From positions 330,001 to 362,000 of the forward strand of contig CP013062.1 in NCBI GenBank assembly GCA_001430755.1: 32,000 nucleotides of DNA, read 5' to 3'. Each line of letters starts with the position of its first letter. The first letter of the stretch is position 1. Made by a program: the position numbers and the translations under genes. This document shows, piece after piece, positions 27,471 through 32,000 of this stretch. This DNA comes from Candidatus Peribacter riflensis (lineage in GTDB: Bacteria; Patescibacteriota; Gracilibacteria; Peribacterales; Peribacteraceae). The notes beneath the pieces were generated by a model. That model was given only the letters and a program-made list of their open reading frames with translations. It made no database searches and was not told where the DNA came from.

Positions 27471-29744
27471 TTACGGCGTGGCCATCTTCTCGATGTAGAC
27501 CTTCCGCGCTTTCGCGCCCTCGACAGGTCCAATGAGCCCTTTCTGCTCCATGATGTCGAGGAGCTTGGCCGCGCGGGCGTAACCGACCGACATCCGACGC
27601 TGGAGCAGGCTCGCCGAGGCCTTGCCGGTCTCCTGCACCACTTTCACCGCCTCGAAGAAGAGGTCGTCGCCGCCGTTGTCATCGGCATCGAGATCGATCT
27701 GTGCGTAGGGTTGCGACAGACTCTGTTCGCCCTCCTCGCCCTCCTCATCTTCCGCCATGGCGATCTGTTCGGTGATGCGGCCGCCGCCGGCGATCTTCAC
27801 CGCGTTGATCACGCGTTCCACTTCTTTGGTCGCCACGAAGATACCCTGAATGCGCACGGGATCGGGCGTGGAGGCAGTCATGTAGAGCATATCGCCCTTG
27901 CCCAGCAGATCTTCGGCGCCGATGCCGTCCAAGATCGTGCGGGAGTCGACCGCGCTCACCGTGCGGAAGGCGATGCGCGTGGGGATATTGGCTTTGATGA
28001 GGCCGGTGATCACGTCCACGCTCGGGCGCTGGGTGGCGATGATGAGGTGCATCCCCACGGCGCGTGCCATCTGGGCGATGCGGGCGATCATCGTCTCGGT
28101 GTCGCGCCGGTACTGGCGCATCATGAGGTCGGCGAGCTCGTCTACCACGATGATGATGCGTGGGAGAAGGTTCTCTTCATCCGTCTGCTTCTCGTTGTAC
28201 TCATCCAGATTCCGCGCGCCGGCATCGGAGAAGCGGTGCAGCCGTCGGCCCATTTCTGCCACCGCCCAGCGCAGGGCCTGCAGGGCCTTTTCGGATTCGG
28301 AGATCACGGGGGTGAGCAGGTGCGGAATGCCGTCGTAGGGGGTCAGCTCCACGCGCTTGGGATCGATGAGAATGAATTTGAGTTCATTGGGCGCGTTCTG
28401 GTAGAGCAGCGAGGTGAGGAACGTATTCATGCACACGGATTTGCCCGAGCCGGTGGCGCCGGCGATGAGCAGGTGCGGCATGTCGTTGAGAGCGGTCACC
28501 ACCGCAGCGCCGCCGACATCCCGTCCGAGCGGGAGCGAGAGCTGCGAGGTGCTTTGCGTGAATTCCGGGCTCTCGAGGATTTCTCGCAGGTGCACGGTGG
28601 TCCGCTTGCTGTTTGGCATCTCGAGGCCCACCAATGATTTACCCGGGATGGGGGCCTGAATACGCAGACTCGGTGCGGCGAGTGCGAGGGCCAGGTCATC
28701 TTTGAGGTTCTCGATCTTGCTCAGTTTCACTCCCTCGGCGGGCAGGAGCGTGAACTGTGTCACCGTGGGACCGGGGTGGGCATCGCGCATGGTTACCTCG
28801 ATCTCGAATTCCTCCAGTTTCTCCTCGATCTTCCTGGCCTGCAGTTTGAGCTCCTCATCGTCGATGGTGAGCTCGCTGTGTGCGTCTTCGAGCAGATCCA
28901 GACCCGGGAACGTCCACTCCTCGAAGCGCGTGTCTTTCATCTGCAGGATGTCTTTGATTTTCGCCTTCACGTTCCTCTCGCTCTTCTCGGCGGCGATCTT
29001 CTTGGCCAATGCCTTCTTATTTTCCTTCTGTGCGAAGGCGGGGCGCACAATGTTGAGTTCCGGCCCATCGCTGTCCTGTTCCACCAGGTCTTCGTCCGTT
29101 TCCTCCTCTGCAACCTTCGCCTTTTTTATTTCTTCGTTGCGTGCGGCACGCAGGGGGCGGGGCCGTACAGCTTCACGCCGGGTTGTCAGATCGCGGATCA
29201 TTTGTACGATCGCACCCAGATTGGGCTCGAAGGAGATTACAATGCCGATGAAGAAGAGCGCGCCTAAGACGGTGTACCCCACGGGACGCGAGAAGAAGAG
29301 CAGAAAAGGAACGCTGGCGAGAAAGCCGATTGCCCCGCCCAGTTCCTCCTTTCTGGTGGCGATCTCCTGAATCGGGGCGCCGATGTGCATGAGCCCGAGA
29401 AAACTGGCGAGACAGAGCACCAGTCCCGCTGATCGTTTCGCCTTGAAGTGTTCCTCGCCCGTGAAGAAGTGCAGCAGGGCAGAGATGATCAGAACTGATG
29501 GGAAGATGATGCTCCACTTTCCGAAGAAGAACGTGAGCACCGTGCGCACGGCGCCGCCGGCCGAACCTGCCTGTTCCCTGAGCGAGAGCAGGATGAGCAC
29601 GCCGAGCGCGAACTGCACGACGCCGCTCACCTGCCGCCGCGTGGCGGGACTGAGCTCAATGCCGGGTGACGAGCGCTTCTTGGGCCGCTTGAGTGTACGA
29701 CGATGCCGGGGCACGGTTCGTATTCTACCGCACACCGCCTCCAT
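27471..29744 (-). CDS. ftsK: DNA translocase FtsK/SpoIIIE
   Basis: N-terminal TM helices, a charged linker, Walker A LIAGATGSGKSV, IIVVDELADLMM, and the gamma winged-helix ASASLLQRRMSVGYARAAKLLDIMEQKGLIGP. Confidence 0.95.
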   Translation of the reverse strand: MEAVCGRIRTVPRHRRTLKRPKKRSSPGIELSPATRRQVSGVVQFALGVLILLSLREQAGSAGGAVRTVLTFFFGKWSIIFPSVLIISALLHFFTGEEHFKAKRSAGLVLCLASFLGLMHIGAPIQEIATRKEELGGAIGFLASVPFLLFFSRPVGYTVLGALFFIGIVISFEPNLGAIVQMIRDLTTRREAVRPRPLRAARNEEIKKAKVAEEETDEDLVEQDSDGPELNIVRPAFAQKENKKALAKKIAAEKSERNVKAKIKDILQMKDTRFEEWTFPGLDLLEDAHSELTIDDEELKLQARKIEEKLEEFEIEVTMRDAHPGPTVTQFTLLPAEGVKLSKIENLKDDLALALAAPSLRIQAPIPGKSLVGLEMPNSKRTTVHLREILESPEFTQSTSQLSLPLGRDVGGAAVVTALNDMPHLLIAGATGSGKSVCMNTFLTSLLYQNAPNELKFILIDPKRVELTPYDGIPHLLTPVISESEKALQALRWAVAEMGRRLHRFSDAGARNLDEYNEKQTDEENLLPRIIIVVDELADLMMRQYRRDTETMIARIAQMARAVGMHLIIATQRPSVDVITGLIKANIPTRIAFRTVSAVDSRTILDGIGAEDLLGKGDMLYMTASTPDPVRIQGIFVATKEVERVINAVKIAGGGRITEQIAMAEDEEGEEGEQSLSQPYAQIDLDADDNGGDDLFFEAVKVVQETGKASASLLQRRMSVGYARAAKLLDIMEQKGLIGPVEGAKARKVYIEKMATP

Positions 29745-29745
29745 G

Positions 29746-29782
29746 CAAAGGTTTCATTTTGGCTTGCCGACCGAAACCTTTG
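29746..29782. promoter_or_regulatory. Perfect 10-bp inverted repeat in the ftsK / reductase divergent region
   Basis: CAAAGGTTTC (29746-29755) and GAAACCTTTG (29773-29782) are separated by 17 nt. The right arm overlaps the TTGGCA -35 at 29780-29785. Confidence 0.5.
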
Positions 29783-29808
29783 GCACTGGCATTCTGCTTT
29801 GCTAGCAT
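29780..29808 (+). promoter_or_regulatory. Candidate promoter (leaderless geometry) of the reductase gene
   Basis: TTGGCA (29780-29785), a 17-nt spacer, then TAGCAT (29803-29808), followed by 6 nt (GGGGCT) before ATG 29815. Confidence 0.5.
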
Positions 29809-29814
29809 GGGGCT

Positions 29815-30729
29815 ATGCGTGTTCTCGTCTTCGGCGGAAGGGGGTTTCTCGGCCAGTATTTTCTGAGAATCTTCCCCGATGCCCTTGCACCTTCCGTCGA
29901 CATCACCGATGCGACGGCGGTGGCGCACGCCCTTGATGAAGCGCAGCCCGATGTCGTCATCAACGCTGTCGGCAGAACGGGGTCGCCCAATGTGGACTGG
30001 TGCGAAGAACATAAGCTGGAGACCATGCACGCCAATGTCCTGGGCCCTCTGGTGCTCATGGAGGAGTGCAGTAAGCGCGGCATCTATTGGGTGCATTTGA
30101 GCTCCGGATGCATATACGAAGGAACAAAAGGAATGAAAGGAACAAAAGGAGAAAAACGAACGAAAGGAGAGCAGGAAGAGGGATGGACGGAGGAAGACGA
30201 GCCGAACTTCACCGGGAGTTTCTATGCACGCAGCAAAGCGCTGTGCGAACGGGCTATTCGGGAATTCCCTGGCATGCTCATTCTGCGCTTGCGAATGCCG
30301 TTTGATGGCTCTTCGCACCCCAAAAACCTCATCACGAAGCTTGCGAAGTACGCACGCGTGAATGATGAAGAGAATTCCATCACCTGCCTTACAGATTTTC
30401 TCGTAGCGACCAAAGTGCTGATCGATCGGCGCGCCACGGGGATCTACAACATGGTGAACGAGGGCGTTATCTCGCCCTACCGCATCATGGAACTCTATCG
30501 TGAGGTTGTTGACCCGCATCATTCTTTCGAACGCCTGCCCCTTCCTTCGCAGGCGGGTGTCACCAAAGTTGGCCGCAGCAACTGTGTGCTCTCAACCACG
30601 AAGCTGGAGGGGGAGGGGATACGCCTGCGCCCCGTGGAGGAGGCGGTGAGGGAGTCTCTTTTTCAGATGAAGAATGCAGCTTCACACAGCGAAAAAAGTG
30701 ATATTGTGAATACATCTTTTGTTCAATAA
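29815..30729 (+). CDS. NAD(P)-dependent sugar-nucleotide reductase, RmlD / NRS-ER (dTDP-4-dehydrorhamnose reductase)-like
   Basis: MRVLVFGGRGFLGQ (Rossmann GxxGxxG), GRTGSPNVDWCEEHKLETMHANVLGP, SFYARSKALCE (YxxxK) and LRLRMPFDGSSHPKNLITKL, which resembles the NRS/ER-type reductase pattern. Confidence 0.75.
   Translation: MRVLVFGGRGFLGQYFLRIFPDALAPSVDITDATAVAHALDEAQPDVVINAVGRTGSPNVDWCEEHKLETMHANVLGPLVLMEECSKRGIYWVHLSSGCIYEGTKGMKGTKGEKRTKGEQEEGWTEEDEPNFTGSFYARSKALCERAIREFPGMLILRLRMPFDGSSHPKNLITKLAKYARVNDEENSITCLTDFLVATKVLIDRRATGIYNMVNEGVISPYRIMELYREVVDPHHSFERLPLPSQAGVTKVGRSNCVLSTTKLEGEGIRLRPVEEAVRESLFQMKNAASHSEKSDIVNTSFVQ
30121..30174 (+). repeat. Three tandem 18-bp purine-rich repeats, in frame
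   Basis: The repeats are GGAACAAAAGGAATGAAA, GGAACAAAAGGAGAAAAA and CGAACGAAAGGAGAGCAG. They encode GTKGMK GTKGEK RTKGEQ, inserted between SSGCIYEG and WTEEDEPNF. Confidence 0.85.
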
Positions 30730-30733
30730 GAGT

Positions 30734-31018
30734 ATGGAGTTGCAGAGAAGTGGGATAATGATTCTGTCTATGAACGTGGAAGGGAATGTCGGCTCGGTCG
30801 ATGTCCTGCTCCCGGAGGGGATGGCTCATATTGGTTTAGAATCTCAGCTCAATGCTTTGATCGGGCGCTGTGCCGTGACGCCGGAACGCCATAAGAAGGG
30901 GAATGGCGAGAGAAAATGTTGTCGTGTGAATATCCGGCTGGATTGCATGGCAGAGAAAACAACGCTCGACATCACGCGAATTTTGCGGAGTCTCCAGTGC
31001 GAAGTTCTTGACTGTTGA
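30734..31018 (+). CDS. Small hypothetical protein (~94 aa)
   Basis: MELQRSGIMILSMNVEGNVGSVDVLLPEGMAHIGLESQLNALIGRCAVTPE...CRVNIRLDCMAEKTTLDITRILRSLQCEVLDC. It has an alternating beta/alpha-like pattern and lower GC. The start is uncertain (the track TTG at 30719 overlaps the upstream gene). Confidence 0.3.
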   Translation: MELQRSGIMILSMNVEGNVGSVDVLLPEGMAHIGLESQLNALIGRCAVTPERHKKGNGERKCCRVNIRLDCMAEKTTLDITRILRSLQCEVLDC

Positions 31019-31034
31019 ATGTCATGAAGACGAA

Positions 31035-31062
31035 CTTTTAAGGGGGAATAGTTGACATATAT
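31035..31062 (+). promoter_or_regulatory. AT-rich/G5 motif copy B, containing a consensus TTGACA
   Basis: CTTTTAAGGGGGAATAGTTGACATATAT. It shares TTTAAGGGGG, AATAGTTG and CATA with 25045..25076. TTGACA is at 31052-31057, followed by the self-complementary CATATATG. Confidence 0.5.
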
Positions 31063-31236
31063 GTTATATATGACACAATTTCATGTGTGTCTATACCTTT
31101 TCAAAAGCGCTATTTCCTGACTCTTAATGAAGTCTTAAGCTGCTGACCCCTACGCCCGCCCGCTCCCGCTCTTCCCATCCATCAGGAACGACTCACCACC
31201 GGCCCGGACCGCGAAGCGGCTACGCTGGAGCAGGTC

Positions 31237-32000
31237 ATGCGTCTGCTGCACGATCTTGAGCAAGAGGCGCGCAGAACCAATGATGCGTCGTACCAGGAAA
31301 GCATGATCGAGAAACTGCGCTCACAGCTGCCCGACAAGATGCGCCGGCTGCTCGACATGCACATGCGCGTGACCGATCGCCGCTTGGCGCACCGGTACCC
31401 CGGCGATCCGGAGAAGACCGTACGCGTCTCCAAAGCCATTCGCAGCAAGACCACGCGTGACGTACACGCGGAGAATCTGTATGACTCCATTCTCTCCACG
31501 CCCGAATTTCCCATCCACTCCAAGGCATACGGCAGCTCACTCATGAACCGGCACCTCGCGACGATGGCGATCGACCGGGCTCCGCCTTCCATGCTCGAGA
31601 CGTACGGCTGGATGTCCTTCGACATGAACGGCGTGAAGGGGATGGTCGACTGCACCACGTACCAGAACGTGACGCACTACCTGCAGGCCACCGCGCAGTT
31701 CCTGCTCGATCGCGAGGGGCAGACGCGGAAGTGGCTTGAGAGCCGGAAGGTCAAGGTGACTCCGCTCGCTGCGGGTGGAGACGAGTTCGCCCTTCTGCTG
31801 GACGGCGATGGGCCGATGTCCGCAGGATTTTTTCAGGAGACAGTCAGCCGCTATCAGGCAGAATTCGCCAATAGCAGGCATCTCGCAAGTTTTCTCGATT
31901 TTAACAGCCGGTCCGTGCAATTGGAATACAGCATGCCGACCGAGTCACAGAGGGCAGTATTCTTTGGCATGAGCCAGGCCGAACAGGACAAGCACCTTGA
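31237..32000 (+). CDS. Divergent GGDEF-motif (palm-domain nucleotide cyclase-like) protein; the 3' end lies beyond the window
   Basis: Absent from the ORF track because there is no stop in the window. Frame 1 is open from 31147 to 32000. ATG 31237 is preceded by GGAG 6 nt upstream. The translation includes ...SLMNRHLATMAI...GWMSFDMNGVKGMVD...VTPLAAGGDEFALLLDG, with GGDEF encoded at 31774-31788. GC3 is high, as in host genes. Confidence 0.55.
   Translation, partial: MRLLHDLEQEARRTNDASYQESMIEKLRSQLPDKMRRLLDMHMRVTDRRLAHRYPGDPEKTVRVSKAIRSKTTRDVHAENLYDSILSTPEFPIHSKAYGSSLMNRHLATMAIDRAPPSMLETYGWMSFDMNGVKGMVDCTTYQNVTHYLQATAQFLLDREGQTRKWLESRKVKVTPLAAGGDEFALLLDGDGPMSAGFFQETVSRYQAEFANSRHLASFLDFNSRSVQLEYSMPTESQRAVFFGMSQAEQDKHL

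Noticed and set aside
27177-27532. Two overlapping minus-strand ORFs downstream of ftsK (27177..27449, 90 aa, GTG start; 27182..27532, 116 aa)
   Set aside because: The 116-aa ORF overlaps the ftsK 3' end and is Arg/Ser/Pro-rich. The 90-aa ORF has a GTG start, no SD or -10, third-position GC of only about 54% (hand count, 49/90) and no motif. Coding is not excluded, but I cannot support it.
27711-28637. 308-aa plus-strand ORF (plus 27898..28338 and 28702..29370)
   Set aside because: They are antisense to ftsK, whose Walker A and gamma domain are on the minus strand.
29725-30522. 265-aa minus-strand ORF
   Set aside because: It is antisense to the RmlD/NRS-ER-like reductase, whose Rossmann and YxxxK motifs are on the plus strand.
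31182-31920. Minus-strand ORFs 31182..31658 and 31537..31920, and plus-strand ORF 31775..31972
   Set aside because: They are antisense to, or out of frame with, the open plus-strand frame 1 that carries the GGDEF motif and has host-like high GC3. Their products are Arg/Ser/Cys-rich with no motifs.

Overview
This is a GC-rich (by eye, not computed), tightly packed bacterial chromosomal segment. I found no rRNA, tRNA, CRISPR array, transposase or integrase. About a quarter of the window is one 7.9-kb ORF (1277..9166, minus strand). It encodes a 2,629-aa secreted mosaic protein with four paralogous golvesin/Xly-like binding modules, a seven-blade Cys-clamped repeat, two DUF11-like modules, a Myxococcus-type Cys-rich repeat and many poly-Ser linkers. 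The remaining genes are mostly recognisable housekeeping genes: der (partial), leuS, a DUF5671-like membrane protein, an M23/LytM-domain protein, an RsmB/RsmF-type m5C methyltransferase, a CPA2 antiporter, dnaG-rpoD, a LysE-family exporter, a UvrD-type helicase with a C-terminal PD-(D/E)xK nuclease, rdgB, ftsK and an RmlD/NRS-ER-like reductase. Less ordinary items follow. (1) At least ten genes have a TAnnnT -10 hexamer only 6-9 nt upstream of the ATG and no Shine-Dalgarno sequence, which suggests leaderless mRNAs. Four of these also have a TTGGCG or TTGGCA -35. (2) The primary sigma factor carries a C-terminal CxxC...CxxC zinc-ribbon tail. (3) There is a stand-alone RNA polymerase alpha-CTD-like protein. 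(4) Transcribed divergently from it is an orphan HELxHVxQ (DUF4157-like) metallopeptidase-motif protein. (5) A divergent GGDEF-motif gene runs off the right edge and was not in the ORF track. (6) A shared ~28-nt AT-rich/G5 motif lies upstream of the genes in (4) and (5). (7) Conserved enzymes carry in-frame micro/minisatellites, including a telomere-like (CCCTAA)6 tract. (8) The dnaG-rpoD spacer is a long polypurine/polypyrimidine inverted repeat. All family assignments come from motifs read by eye, and no database search was run. Gene content (DUF5671-like protein, giant Ser-linked surface protein) hints at an uncultivated or CPR-like lineage, but that is inference only.
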